DNA of 63,992 nt, filler included, from Candidatus Hydrogenedentota bacterium (GTDB lineage: Bacteria; JBFMHD01), in assembly GCA_040752395.1 (NCBI GenBank). It is 12 parts of 12 records of this genome, joined end to end, with 100 filler letters (N's around TTAATTAATTAA, not from the genome) between each part and the next. Parts side by side here need not be neighbours in the genome. Positions count along the whole stretch, not along the records: positions 28,597 to 34,139 come from JBFMHD010000185.1; positions 34,240 to 39,781 come from JBFMHD010000186.1; positions 39,882 to 45,386 come from JBFMHD010000187.1; 9 more parts are not named here. One strand, given 5' to 3'. Shown here one piece after another: positions 29,978 through 40,096 of this stretch. How positions within the stretch are numbered: the stretch's first letter is position 1; every line of letters starts with the position of its first letter. Under the pieces are notes generated by a model that made no database searches, was not told the DNA's origin, and saw only the letters and a list, made by a program, of their open reading frames with translations. A program made the position numbers and the translations under genes.

Positions 29978-30556
29978 TTAATATCCTTCAACTGAAAGGT
30001 TTAAGATTCGCAAATCATTCAAGTTCTTGATATTGCGGTCAGGAATGAGTTTGAGTTTATTGGTAACAAGTGGGTGCCTGAACCTGATTGTCACTTCTTT
30101 ATCTGTTATAGAAAAATCATCCTCTATCTGCCAGCGCTCATCTCTCTCGTTGTAGAAACTTACAGTAATGCCTGTTTTAACAAAATCATTATTAAATGTT
30201 AATTTTAAAGAATCAATCTCTTTAGTTGTTTTAAAATCAACAATTGCATACCAGTGGTCATAACTTTCGGTCTGCACATAATCTTCTGTATCGCCATCAG
30301 TGATTTCTGGTACAGAAATTAATACCTCTATCTCTTCTTTATCAAAAGTCCTCGTCTGTTTTACTGACATATCTTTTTTTAATCTCTCGTTCTCCTCTCT
30401 TAGTTTAGCATTCTCATCCCTTAATCGGACTATCTCATCCTGCATCTCTTTTATCTCTTTTTCACTTATTATTGTTAAGTCATCAAAGAGTCCTGCATAA
30501 GACGGATTGATAAATAAAATTGTACTTGCTATTGTTAAAATAACTTTTTTAACCAT
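29978..30556 (-). CDS. Secreted hypothetical protein (coiled coil + beta-rich domain)
   Basis: Signal peptide ending SYA, heptad segment, SD supplied by element. Confidence 0.65.
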   Translation of the reverse strand: MVKKVILTIASTILFINPSYAGLFDDLTIISEKEIKEMQDEIVRLRDENAKLREENERLKKDMSVKQTRTFDKEEIEVLISVPEITDGDTEDYVQTESYDHWYAIVDFKTTKEIDSLKLTFNNDFVKTGITVSFYNERDERWQIEDDFSITDKEVTIRFRHPLVTNKLKLIPDRNIKNLNDLRILNLSVEGY

Positions 30557-30564
30557 AAAATTAA

Positions 30565-30738
30565 CACTCCTCTGAAAAACATTGTAACTATAATAATATC
30601 AAGTAGAAGCAAGAGGCAAGAAGCAAGATAAACAAACATCTAGTTTTTCATACTTTGTGTAGAGCGCAAAAACCCAAAAACGCAATAACCCAATAACCCA
30701 ATAGTGTAGAGCGCAAACCGCGCTCATGACCACTCCTC
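30565..30738 (-). repeat. Complete mosaic element between the pullulanase stop region and gene 30556
   Basis: AGAGGAGTG at both ends; D, C-variant, G and terminal modules. Confidence 0.88.
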
Positions 30739-30983
30739 TAATACGGCGGTGCTGCTCTAATCTTCTACAAATATACGAAGATTAAGCGGTTCAAGCCTTA
30801 AGTTCATACTCCCTGAATATCTCCTCGTATNNNNNNNNNNNNNNNNNNNNNNNNNNNNNNNNNNNNNNNNNNNNNNNNNNNNNNNNNNNNNNNNNNNNNN
30901 NNNNNNNNNNNNNNNNNNNNNNNNNNNNNNGTGTAGAGCGCAAACCGCGCTCATGACCACTCCTCTAATACGGCGGTGCTGCT

Positions 30984-33968
30984 CTAATCTTCTACAAATA
31001 TACGAAGATTAAGCGGTTCAAGCCTTAAGTTCATACTCCCTGAATATCTCCTCGTATCTATACCATTTAAATCTATTTTATCAATATCCGCAATACAAGT
31101 ATACGTTGAATTTCCCGGTAACTCAAATGAATAATTTACATCTTTATATCTCTCAGGATTAATAATTACAACAATTCTTTTAATGTTGTTAATACCATGA
31201 GAATTAACTATATATCCGATAGCTTTATTATTATCCTCCGGATGTATGAATCGGATATATCCTGGTGGAGGTCCACTGGATATCCGTAAACATCTTCCTT
31301 TATCAGACCTTCTTAATGCTATCAATCCTTTATAAAATTGATACAACTCTAAATACTTTGTTTTTTCAGACCATTTCACTGCATTAACCTCATCACCCGC
31401 GTTGTACGAGTTACCGATCCCTCCTTTTGAGCGATTAATCTCCTGACCCTCTGCAATCATAGGCACACCTAAACTCATAAAAATAAGCGTAGCGCAGATT
31501 TTATTACGCTTAATATCAGTTTCATCAAGAGATAATTTAGCATTATGGTCAGTTCTTCCTGTTAAATCGTCAGCTAATGTTCTATCATCATGCGATTCAA
31601 CATAATTAACACTTGCAGCTGGGTTCGGAGCCCACCAGGCAGTTGTACCATTAATAATAACCTCTATCTCGCTTCTATTGGCTCTTGAATGAGCAAAATC
31701 TTTTGCTTTGTTCCTGAAATCATCATTCCAGTATAGCCATTTTGAATCCTTTACTTTACCTTTAATGTCAGGAACACCCATGCCCCAGGGTTCTGCAATT
31801 AAAATTACATCCTCTTTTATTTTGCGAAGCTCGGTATCGATTTTCTTTAAAGTATCCATATCAATAAGCGCGGCTAAATCAAACCGAAACCCGTCAATAT
31901 GATATTCTTTTATCCAGTGAATGAGTGAATCAATGATTAATTTACGAGCCATAGGTGACTCTGTTTTAAAATCATTACCGCATCCTGAATTATTAGAATA
32001 ACTCCCTTTTTCAGTAAACCTGAAATAATATTTATTATCATATTTTGCATAATAATTAGGGCTACCAACATGGTTGTAAACAACATCAACAATGACAGCG
32101 ATCCCATTACCGTGCAAGGTATCAACAAGTTTTTTAAATTCAGTTACCTGCTTACCAGCGGTCCAGTCAGTAGCATAGGAGGATTCAGGTGGGAAATATA
32201 GACTCGACATATAGCCCCAGTGATAATCTTTTGCTTTATAATTATCATCAAACTCATGCAAAGGTAAAAACTCAATAGCATTAACGCCTAACTCACAAAG
32301 GTGGTCTATACCAGTACCTTTACCTGAGGTTTCAACAAACCCTAAATATTTACCCCTTAATCCAAGAGTTACCCCTGAACTCGGGTCAGCTGTAAAATCT
32401 CTAATATGTATCTCTGAGATGACAAGATCGCTGATTGCAGGGGTTTTATAATCTTCGTCAGTCCATTCTGAAAAAGTGCCGTCAAAATAATTATCCTGCA
32501 GTATTATAGATTTACCATCGTGCTGGACATTTGCTCTTGCATATAAATCAGATAGATAAAAATTCGGGTCATACGCTTCACCTTCGCCTTTATGCCCATC
32601 TATACGATACTTGTAATAATATTTGTCATAATACCCACTAATCGACGTTTCCCATACACCATCTTTATCTTTAATCATATCCTCTTCTATAATCGGCGTA
32701 TTATCGTTATGTTCTTTGAAAATATATAATTTAGCTTTTTTAGCTCTTGGAGAAAACAATCTGAAAACCTGTTTATCAGTTTGAGTATCAAAAAAAGTGC
32801 CGAGCCTTTTGTTTGAATAAAATTTATTTAATATATTAGCCGGGTTTAACATTTTTTTGATCGGCTTTTTCCAGAGCCCTGTAACAGTTAGATAATAATT
32901 ATTCGATATATCAAGCGGTGTTGTTGTTAATTCTATAACTTTTTTGGATTCAGTCTGTGACAAATCCATAGAAAAATTTATATTCCCTTTGCCATCATCT
33001 AAAGCATTCGGTGCTAAAGCTGATGGCGCAATCCACTGGTTCCCATTCACAACAAACTTGAAAGTCGTTTTATCACCTGATATCTGATTTTTATTTAATT
33101 TAAATATCCATAGGTCATCATCTTCATCGTCGGTAAGTTGATAAGAAGAATTGTTAGTAGTCCAGTTATTAAATTCACCTGCAAGAAAGACCCTGTCTTT
33201 AGAAGGGTCTAAATCTCCACAATAAAGTTGTTCTAAAAATAAAAATACTATATAGCCATTCTCACTTTTATATCCCTGGTTATAAAAAATATCTTCTTTT
33301 TCTGATAACAGAGCATCAATGACCGTTGCATCATTATCAATCTCAAATTTTATATTAGATAAAGAATCTATGCCTCTTTTCAGTATAAGAGTAATTTTGT
33401 TAAAATCATCGATGCCTGCATAAGAAAAGAATTCAATAGGTTTATATATTTTACCCTCTTCGTTGATATGTAAAACCCTGTTATCGCCTCCCTCCCATTG
33501 ACCATTTGGTTTAAATTTATACTCATGCCTGCCAAACGGGATTTTATTAGCAGGATAAACAAAAACACCTGGACTTTTCTGTTCCATCATCTCACTACCC
33601 CAGTTAAGCCAGTCACCTGCAATCTCTACATACATCGCATTCTTTGTTCTGTACTCAACCTCATCTAATGTCTTTTCTTCAAAACTATCCTCAGTTATTA
33701 TTATTATCCTGTTTGGTCCATCTTCCCAATTACCATCAGGCTTAAATTTATATTCGTGCCTTCCTGGTTCAATGCCATTAAGTGAGAAATACCATTTGCC
33801 ATCAGCCCGTTTCTCCATCTCGCCAGCATCAGCCCACTCGACCCAGTCACCCGCAACTATAACCTTACTTGCTTTCGGGTTATCATAGGAAAGCTCCTGA
33901 ACGCTTAAAATAGGGGTGGTTAAAATCAGTATTAAGGCGATGCTAAATATAAATCTAGATTTTTTCAT
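30984..33968 (-). CDS. Secreted pullulanase-like GH13 with three N-terminal CBM48/AMPK-like domains
   Basis: Repeated AGDW..W / EYKFKP.G.W; YHWGY, DVVYNH, DGFRFDL, AEPW, YVESHDD. Confidence 0.88.
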   Translation of the reverse strand: MKKSRFIFSIALILILTTPILSVQELSYDNPKASKVIVAGDWVEWADAGEMEKRADGKWYFSLNGIEPGRHEYKFKPDGNWEDGPNRIIIITEDSFEEKTLDEVEYRTKNAMYVEIAGDWLNWGSEMMEQKSPGVFVYPANKIPFGRHEYKFKPNGQWEGGDNRVLHINEEGKIYKPIEFFSYAGIDDFNKITLILKRGIDSLSNIKFEIDNDATVIDALLSEKEDIFYNQGYKSENGYIVFLFLEQLYCGDLDPSKDRVFLAGEFNNWTTNNSSYQLTDDEDDDLWIFKLNKNQISGDKTTFKFVVNGNQWIAPSALAPNALDDGKGNINFSMDLSQTESKKVIELTTTPLDISNNYYLTVTGLWKKPIKKMLNPANILNKFYSNKRLGTFFDTQTDKQVFRLFSPRAKKAKLYIFKEHNDNTPIIEEDMIKDKDGVWETSISGYYDKYYYKYRIDGHKGEGEAYDPNFYLSDLYARANVQHDGKSIILQDNYFDGTFSEWTDEDYKTPAISDLVISEIHIRDFTADPSSGVTLGLRGKYLGFVETSGKGTGIDHLCELGVNAIEFLPLHEFDDNYKAKDYHWGYMSSLYFPPESSYATDWTAGKQVTEFKKLVDTLHGNGIAVIVDVVYNHVGSPNYYAKYDNKYYFRFTEKGSYSNNSGCGNDFKTESPMARKLIIDSLIHWIKEYHIDGFRFDLAALIDMDTLKKIDTELRKIKEDVILIAEPWGMGVPDIKGKVKDSKWLYWNDDFRNKAKDFAHSRANRSEIEVIINGTTAWWAPNPAASVNYVESHDDRTLADDLTGRTDHNAKLSLDETDIKRNKICATLIFMSLGVPMIAEGQEINRSKGGIGNSYNAGDEVNAVKWSEKTKYLELYQFYKGLIALRRSDKGRCLRISSGPPPGYIRFIHPEDNNKAIGYIVNSHGINNIKRIVVIINPERYKDVNYSFELPGNSTYTCIADIDKIDLNGIDTRRYSGSMNLRLEPLNLRIFVED

Positions 33969-33970
33969 AT

Positions 33971-34139
33971 CTCCTCCTCTGAAAAACGCTGTAACTCTAA
34001 TAATTCAGGCTACAGGCTACAGGCTACGGACCACAGCCGGCTGGAGCCTGAAGCCCGGAGCCTGCTGAAAAGTCTTGAGTCTTGAGTCTCGAGTCCTGTT
34101 TTGACTCACGACTTGCGACTTGTGACTCACGACTCTTTT
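33971..34139 (-). repeat. Mosaic element (E-B-terminal) providing the pullulanase SD
   Basis: Terminal module 33971-34004; cut by gap. Confidence 0.9.
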
Positions 34140-34239
34140 NNNNNNNNNNNNNNNNNNNNNNNNNNNNNNNNNNNNNNNNNNNNTTAATTAATTAANNNNN
34201 NNNNNNNNNNNNNNNNNNNNNNNNNNNNNNNNNNNNNNN

Positions 34240-34342
34240 AGCAATCAGGATTTAATCTCCAGTAATGAACCTCACCACTTAAAAGTGGTAGTTCTTTTTT
34301 ATTTAGAATCAATTTTCTGTTTTTGATTTTTATTTTATTCAT
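34240..34342 (-). CDS. GH35-like beta-galactosidase, N-terminal fragment (gap)
   Basis: LLSGEVHYWR; ATG 34342 after TTTTTCAGAGGAG. Confidence 0.6.
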
Positions 34343-34733
34343 ATAGAACTCCTCTGAAAAACATTGATACAGCAAAGTTATAAGATTTAGCAAACGCTGT
34401 TTCCCATAAAAGCACAACTCTTTTTAATTCTATTAATTTGCCAAAATCATCTGAGTATATTTCAACATAAGCATAAGTGACTTGATTGTCATTGTAACCG
34501 AATGCATATTTATCTTCAAAATCTATGATGTTTGTTACCGAAGAATAAATCTTCCATTTTTTGTCAGATGAAACAAAACCGACGTTTGGTCTTAACAGAG
34601 CCTCGTCTTTTATATATTCGGTTTCAAGCTCCCCTGAAAAAGGTCCGCATAATAAAAATGTATTTAAAATTCTGGCTTCTAAACTACTGATAAGTAAAGA
34701 CGTTAATCCGAATAATAAGAGTTTTTTAATCAT
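34335..34733 (-). CDS. Secreted hypothetical protein, probably truncated; C-terminus read through terminal module
   Basis: Signal peptide, LLCGPF; ends SMFFRGVLYE. Confidence 0.5.
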   Translation of the reverse strand: MIKKLLLFGLTSLLISSLEARILNTFLLCGPFSGELETEYIKDEALLRPNVGFVSSDKKWKIYSSVTNIIDFEDKYAFGYNDNQVTYAYVEIYSDDFGKLIELKRVVLLWETAFAKSYNFAVSMFFRGVLYE

Positions 34734-34735
34734 AG

Positions 34736-37150
34736 CTATTTTATCAACTGAAGTAAGATATTAGATTGAGATTCAATCTCTCTGCTAATCTCGTCGTTTT
34801 TACTGTCCCAGGTTAAAGCGTCGTATAAAAATGCTGTATGCCGCGCGTCATTGGTCTGTATCACGGCTGGATATCCATTTCCAAACCTCGCAAGTATATT
34901 ATAATTTTTTTCTGTAATGTTATCTAAAAGAAAAACCCAGGGAGAGCTACCCTTTATCCTGTCATCTCCGAAATTAATCTCAACATAGGAATTATTAACC
35001 TTTCCGGAATTATTGAATGAGACAGCAAAAAGATATATCTCCTCATTATCAGGAAGTATAATAGCATCGAGCTTTTTCATAATATTACAGCTTATATCAA
35101 GATGAGTAATGTAAACGGTTTGATAATTTACTTTTTCTACTAAACCGAGATGGCCAAAATTCGGTTTTTCAAGATACGAAGGTATAGTTGGAGCAAAGTA
35201 TCTCTGCTCTATGGTTCTGTCTTGATACAGAAGACTGATTTTCTCACAGTAATCACTTGATGAAGATGCTATAAGAAAATGGATTTTAGTGTAATAATCA
35301 TCTGCAATGTCGATTTTTTGTTTCATACATTTTAAATAACAGAGATTATCATCAGCTGTTTTTGATATTATAAAATGAGTATTGCAACTGTTACATATTA
35401 TTTCGTTGTTCGAAAAAGAGTAATCAAATGGTAGGGGATGAGTCTGATATTTATCTTTGAGCTCTTTTGTATTAATACCAAGTATCTCAAGATACCAATC
35501 ATCAGTCTTATTATACCCTTCATCCTGTTTCCCGATTTCTCCCAAAGTTATGGTTTTTTTATTTTTTAGTTTTTCCCTATCAGAAAGAGAAATTACCTCA
35601 AGAGATCTGCCTGCTAAAATTATCGGTTTATCATCATTGGGTATCGTATCAGTAAACTTGAAAGGCAACCATAACCTGTCAAAATCAGAGACCAACTCGT
35701 TTAGAGGTTTCTTAATGTTTTCATCAGATGGGCTGTCAAGAGACCGTAAAAGATTATTAATTATCGTTTCATATTTTTTCAGGTATTCGTTTTCAAGTAA
35801 TAGAACAAGTGTTTGATATTGTTTGGAACTTGCGTAATTCGATGAAAAAGCATATTGCGGATAATATATCCATACAATAGGTTCTTTTTCCTGTTTTAGA
35901 TTGATTGGTAATTTTTTGTTTAGAATTTTACCAGTTTTTGAGATAGGTTTTAAACTCACATCATCATTTATATAACCAAAGTCACCCTCAAACCATTTAT
36001 CATAAAACTTAAAATAACCCCAACCTGATATAAAAGGTAAAGCGTTTAGAAGAGTCATCTCGCGTAAATACATTTCAGCTTGATGCTCTTTGTCTCTCAA
36101 TTTAGATGAGGCATACATCATAGCAGGCGGGGTCTGAGAAAGAGGGTCTGTTCTAAAACCAGTTTCGCTGATATAAACTGTCAAGTTCTGCAAATCATAG
36201 TGAAATTTTGACTGAAAAATTAGTTTAGCTGCAGCTATCCAGTCACGGTTAAAATGAGCATCACTATTGTAATGCACAGGTGAGATAAAATCTATACCGC
36301 TGTTTTGTTTTGTTGATAATGGGAAGAGAAATACTTCGGGAAGCTCGGTCGTGTAGGTTATGAGGTAATTGGGATTAAGAAATTTCATATATGTGGTCAG
36401 TTTTTGAAGGAATGAGTTTATGGACCAGTTTGAGAATAAAACAAGGTCCAGCCGATACGGTTTTAGACCTATCGCTTCAGCTTTTATTATTTCCTCGTCT
36501 TTTAACACATCATTAAAATCTAAATAATTTTTATTCCAGATTTTATTAAGAACATCGATAGAATTGTATTTATCTTTGAGCCAGTTTGGAAGATATGAAA
36601 GCGTTTTATCACCGATTTTAAGTTTAGAACCATGAAGTGTTCCGCTCCAATCAGCATCCGCAAGCATCCATCTCTGATCCATATCGATTGCAAGAACGCA
36701 GTGATGATTGTTGATTTTTTTGTAAAACTCGTCATAATATTTTTTGACTTTATCAAAAAAGGCAGGGTCTAAAAAGTCAGGAAAATTTTCTTCTGCGTAT
36801 TTGGTTCTGAAATAAACAGCCATTTTATTTTTATCGCACCAGGGAAGTATAGAATCAAGAAACAAATCACCGTAAAGGTTTAAAGTGTTAAAGCTGTGTT
36901 CCTTTATTATTTCGAGGTCATTTATTACTTTTTCAGGAGTAAGCTTGATTTTAAGCTCAGGGTTTTCAGGACCATAGGCATATACCATACCGATTGAGTA
37001 GAATGTGCTACCGTCGGGATCGCTAAATATCTCTCTGCCATCAATATTTTTTAGAGTAAAATACCCTTTATTTTCCCATCCCACAGCAAGCAAACAAGAA
37101 GAGGCAAACATTAAAAAAAGGTGTATGACCAGAATGTCAGTTTTTTTCAT
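34736..37150 (-). CDS. Secreted clan GH-A-like glycoside hydrolase (family uncertain)
   Basis: Signal peptide from ATG 37150; WLKDKYNSIDVLNKIW, YISETGF, GWGYF. Confidence 0.6.
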   Translation of the reverse strand: MKKTDILVIHLFLMFASSCLLAVGWENKGYFTLKNIDGREIFSDPDGSTFYSIGMVYAYGPENPELKIKLTPEKVINDLEIIKEHSFNTLNLYGDLFLDSILPWCDKNKMAVYFRTKYAEENFPDFLDPAFFDKVKKYYDEFYKKINNHHCVLAIDMDQRWMLADADWSGTLHGSKLKIGDKTLSYLPNWLKDKYNSIDVLNKIWNKNYLDFNDVLKDEEIIKAEAIGLKPYRLDLVLFSNWSINSFLQKLTTYMKFLNPNYLITYTTELPEVFLFPLSTKQNSGIDFISPVHYNSDAHFNRDWIAAAKLIFQSKFHYDLQNLTVYISETGFRTDPLSQTPPAMMYASSKLRDKEHQAEMYLREMTLLNALPFISGWGYFKFYDKWFEGDFGYINDDVSLKPISKTGKILNKKLPINLKQEKEPIVWIYYPQYAFSSNYASSKQYQTLVLLLENEYLKKYETIINNLLRSLDSPSDENIKKPLNELVSDFDRLWLPFKFTDTIPNDDKPIILAGRSLEVISLSDREKLKNKKTITLGEIGKQDEGYNKTDDWYLEILGINTKELKDKYQTHPLPFDYSFSNNEIICNSCNTHFIISKTADDNLCYLKCMKQKIDIADDYYTKIHFLIASSSSDYCEKISLLYQDRTIEQRYFAPTIPSYLEKPNFGHLGLVEKVNYQTVYITHLDISCNIMKKLDAIILPDNEEIYLFAVSFNNSGKVNNSYVEINFGDDRIKGSSPWVFLLDNITEKNYNILARFGNGYPAVIQTNDARHTAFLYDALTWDSKNDEISREIESQSNILLQLIK

Positions 37151-37309
37151 AGTGGAATTATATAATGCAAATTTGATACCATTCTTTATATTTACTCTAT
37201 TAGTTAGATTATTTATGAAAACGTTTTCATACGTCAAGTTATTTTTTTTATTTTTCTTTTCTTTTTCTGTGTCTCATGTTTCAGTGGAGCAGTATAATAT
37301 TATTTTATC

Positions 37310-37447
37310 TTAAAGTGCTACTGCTTCTCTAAAATCAGTTACAGGTACTGTAATGGTCCTTATTGCCTTCTCTTTGACCATAGCTATTCTTTCCACAATT
37401 TTGACAAATTCCTACAGGAACATTCTCAATTATTACTAATTCTCCAT
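37310..37447 (-). pseudogene. YgiT-type zinc-finger remnant
   Basis: KLVIIENVPVGICQNCG then frameshift to ...TITVPVTDF. Confidence 0.55.
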
Positions 37448-37532
37448 ATTACATAACATTTAAAAACTAATTATAAAAATAAATTGCATTTTTTATTAAA
37501 ATAGTTAAACTGGATATAAATATTTAAGCGAG

Positions 37533-37766
37533 GTGAAAACAATGAATTATAAGATAACTGTTGTTATAGAGAAAGATAATAATGGTTTTTATGCATTCTG
37601 TCCTGATTTGGAAGGCTGTCAGACACAGGGAGACACTTTAGATGAAGTTAGAGTCAATATAAGAGAGGCAATAAATTTATATCTTGATTCAATGTCCGAA
37701 GAAGAAAAACAAGAAATGTTAAGTAAAGAAATATTGACTGAAGCATTGGAGGTACAAGTTGGTTAA
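37533..37766 (+). CDS. hicB: HicB-family antitoxin
   Basis: CPDLEGCQTQGDTLDEV..NIREAI. Confidence 0.88.
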   Translation: MKTMNYKITVVIEKDNNGFYAFCPDLEGCQTQGDTLDEVRVNIREAINLYLDSMSEEEKQEMLSKEILTEALEVQVG

Positions 37767-37830
37767 GTTGCTCCGACTGACAGCTTCAGAAGTTGAATCA
37801 TTATTATTTAAAAAAGGGTTTCACTATTAA
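37759..37830 (+). pseudogene. Truncated HicA toxin
   Basis: MVKLLRLTASEVESLLFKKGFHY*; lacks the GSH motif. Confidence 0.55.
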
Positions 37831-37839
37831 AATTACACT

Positions 37840-37915
37840 CGGGGCGTAGCGCAGCTCGGTTTAGCGCGCCTGCCTTGGGAGCAGGAAGTCGGTGGTTCAA
37901 ATCCACTCGCCCCGA
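37840..37915 (+). tRNA. tRNA-Pro(TGG)
   Basis: Acceptor CGGGGCG/CGCCCCG; anticodon arm CCTGC-CT-TGG-GA-GCAGG; T loop GGTTCAAATCC; CCA not encoded. Confidence 0.95.
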
Positions 37916-38087
37916 ATAAAAGTTAAAAATAAAAAGTGGCGAAATGCTGCCAGAACTAAAGATAAATGACCTGTTATATGCTGAAAACATAGGGGCTTAT
38001 ACCATAGTTTCAGCCACGTGTTTTAACGGTTTCCCGCCTGCAAGAGTAGTATATTAATTTTGTATCCCATCAATTATAGGTGGAATT

Positions 38088-38129
38088 AAGAAGCAAGAAG
38101 CAAGATAACGGAAGAAGTGAGAGGTATCA
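38088..38129 (-). repeat. Module F + heptamers beginning at the speB TGA
   Basis: Matches 27895-27931. Confidence 0.88.
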
Positions 38130-38996
38130 GATTTTTAATAAAGTCTTCAGGTAGATCATACTGAAGATTTCGTAAAGAAGCTGGGCAGCTGTGAAATCAG
38201 ACCCTCTGTAAAATCTGTCAGGTATCAGTTCTACAAAATCTAAACCTATAACATTTTTTTTATTTATAATTATTTTAATTATTTCAAGTCCCTGATAGTA
38301 GAATAGACCGCCGGGCACAGGTGTCCCGGTTGACGGGAAAACACTCGGGTCAAACCCATCGCAATCGATTGATAAATAAATATTATCGTTAAGTTTTTTA
38401 AGAACATCAAGGAGAGCTGTTTCATCCCATTTTTCAGGTTTTAGATGAAATACTCTGTTTTTATTCTTTTTTACATATTGGTATTCTTCTTTACAGTAAC
38501 TACGTGCACCAATGATACATAATTTATGGTTTTCAGATATCCGTCTTGAGACAGATGCGTGGGAATATTCTGTGCCTTGATAAGAGTCACGCAAATCAAG
38601 GTGTGCATCAATTACTATTACATCAAATTTTATTTTTAATTTATCCTGATGGGCTTTAACCACTGGATATGATATCGAATGTTCGCCACCGAGTGTACAT
38701 AATATTTTATTTGTTTGTATATATTTAAGAGCCTGTTTATAAATATTTTTCATCATATTCTTTACTGAGCTTAAATCGAGTACTGGTGGGTCACAAATGA
38801 TGAATCCCATCTTGCTTGAATCTTTTTCTAAATACGAAGAAAAATATTCGACTTGCTGTGATGCCTTAAGTATAGAATAAGGCGCTTCAGCTGTGCCGGA
38901 CATATAAGATACTGTTGACTGATATCCGCAGGGTAATATCCGAACAAATGATTCTGTAAAACTTTTTTCTGGTATATCAAGAAAACTTAGATTCAT
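38127..38996 (-). CDS. speB: Agmatinase
   Basis: GGEHS, DAHLDLRD, SIDCDGFDPS, TGTPVPGG. Confidence 0.9.
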   Translation of the reverse strand: MNLSFLDIPEKSFTESFVRILPCGYQSTVSYMSGTAEAPYSILKASQQVEYFSSYLEKDSSKMGFIICDPPVLDLSSVKNMMKNIYKQALKYIQTNKILCTLGGEHSISYPVVKAHQDKLKIKFDVIVIDAHLDLRDSYQGTEYSHASVSRRISENHKLCIIGARSYCKEEYQYVKKNKNRVFHLKPEKWDETALLDVLKKLNDNIYLSIDCDGFDPSVFPSTGTPVPGGLFYYQGLEIIKIIINKKNVIGLDFVELIPDRFYRGSDFTAAQLLYEIFSMIYLKTLLKI

Positions 38997-39005
38997 TTAA
39001 CGACC

Positions 39006-39662
39006 TTATTCTCGAAACTTTTTTATAATAGAGATAAATCTTTTTAATTTTTTTGCGTCTTTGATACCTGGTTCAGATTCAACACCGCTTGCAACATCAA
39101 CAGCGTATGGTTTATAAATAGCTAAAATATCCTTTATGTTATCACAATTTAAACCGCCTGCAATAATGATATTCTTATCTTTGATTATTTCATTATCTTT
39201 CAGAATCTCAAATATATTCCAATCGAAAGGTTTACCGGTACCGCCTAATGTATTAAAAGAGCCAGAATCAAACATTATATTATTTGTATTATATTCTCTG
39301 GTTCTATGTAGAATCAATTTTATTGAATTTTTTGTATGTCTTCTCGTACCAAGATGTATGGTTTTTATAAATTGATAATCTAAGAACTGATTACAGAATT
39401 CAGGGGTCTCGAGACCTGAAAACTGTATCGTATCTATCCCTGTAAAATCAGCGATATATTTAATCGGACCGATGAACTCATTTGCGAAAACACCGACCTT
39501 GTTTATAAACGGTGGTAATTTTTTTATAATCTCTTTTGCATCCTGAGGGTCGATGTATCGTTTTGACGATTGACAGAAGTTAAAACCCAGTGCATCAGCC
39601 CCTGCGTTTACGCAGATCAGTGCATCATCAAGATTTGTTATGCCACAAACTTTTACTCGCAT
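39006..39662 (-). CDS. trpF: Phosphoribosylanthranilate isomerase
   Basis: VKVCGIT, GGTGKPFDW, AGGL, VDVASGVE; true ATG 39662. Confidence 0.93.
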   Translation of the reverse strand: MRVKVCGITNLDDALICVNAGADALGFNFCQSSKRYIDPQDAKEIIKKLPPFINKVGVFANEFIGPIKYIADFTGIDTIQFSGLETPEFCNQFLDYQFIKTIHLGTRRHTKNSIKLILHRTREYNTNNIMFDSGSFNTLGGTGKPFDWNIFEILKDNEIIKDKNIIIAGGLNCDNIKDILAIYKPYAVDVASGVESEPGIKDAKKLKRFISIIKKFRE

Positions 39663-39664
39663 AT

Positions 39665-39774
39665 CTCCTCTGAAAAACATTGTAACTATAATAATATCAA
39701 GTAGAAGCAAGAGGCAAGATAAACAAACATCTGGTTTTTCATCCTTTGTGTAGAGCGCAAACCGCGCTCATGAG
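39665..39774 (-). repeat. Mosaic element providing the trpF SD; collapsed version of 30565-30738
   Basis: Terminal module 39665-39695; single GCGCTCTACAC with no octamer array. Confidence 0.9.
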
Positions 39775-39955
39775 TACTCTTNNNNNNNNNNNNNNNNNNN
39801 NNNNNNNNNNNNNNNNNNNNNNNNNTTAATTAATTAANNNNNNNNNNNNNNNNNNNNNNNNNNNNNNNNNNNNNNNNNNNNTATTATGGTTGTGGGAGAT
39901 GATGCCGCGTAAATACAGGCTCCCTGAACCAGTTAGAGAGACGCATATATATAGT

Positions 39956-40096
39956 AAGGCAGAAGGCAGAAGATAAAAAGATACAAAGATTAAAATTTTT
40001 TCTGATACTTCTCACTTCTTTCGTTATCTTTCTTTTCCGTTATCTTGCTTCTTGCTTCTACTTGATATCTTTAGAGTTACAATGTTTTCGAAGGAG
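39956..40096 (+). repeat. Mosaic element (GGCAGAA heptamers, F, G, terminal)
   Basis: Terminal module 40066-40096. Confidence 0.85.

Noticed and set aside
30704-31057. ~127-bp direct duplication of the pullulanase 3' end and flank
   Set aside because: Copies straddle a 100-N scaffold gap: unmerged overlapping contig ends
37808-37990. 60-aa minus-strand ORF
   Set aside because: Antisense to tRNA-Pro
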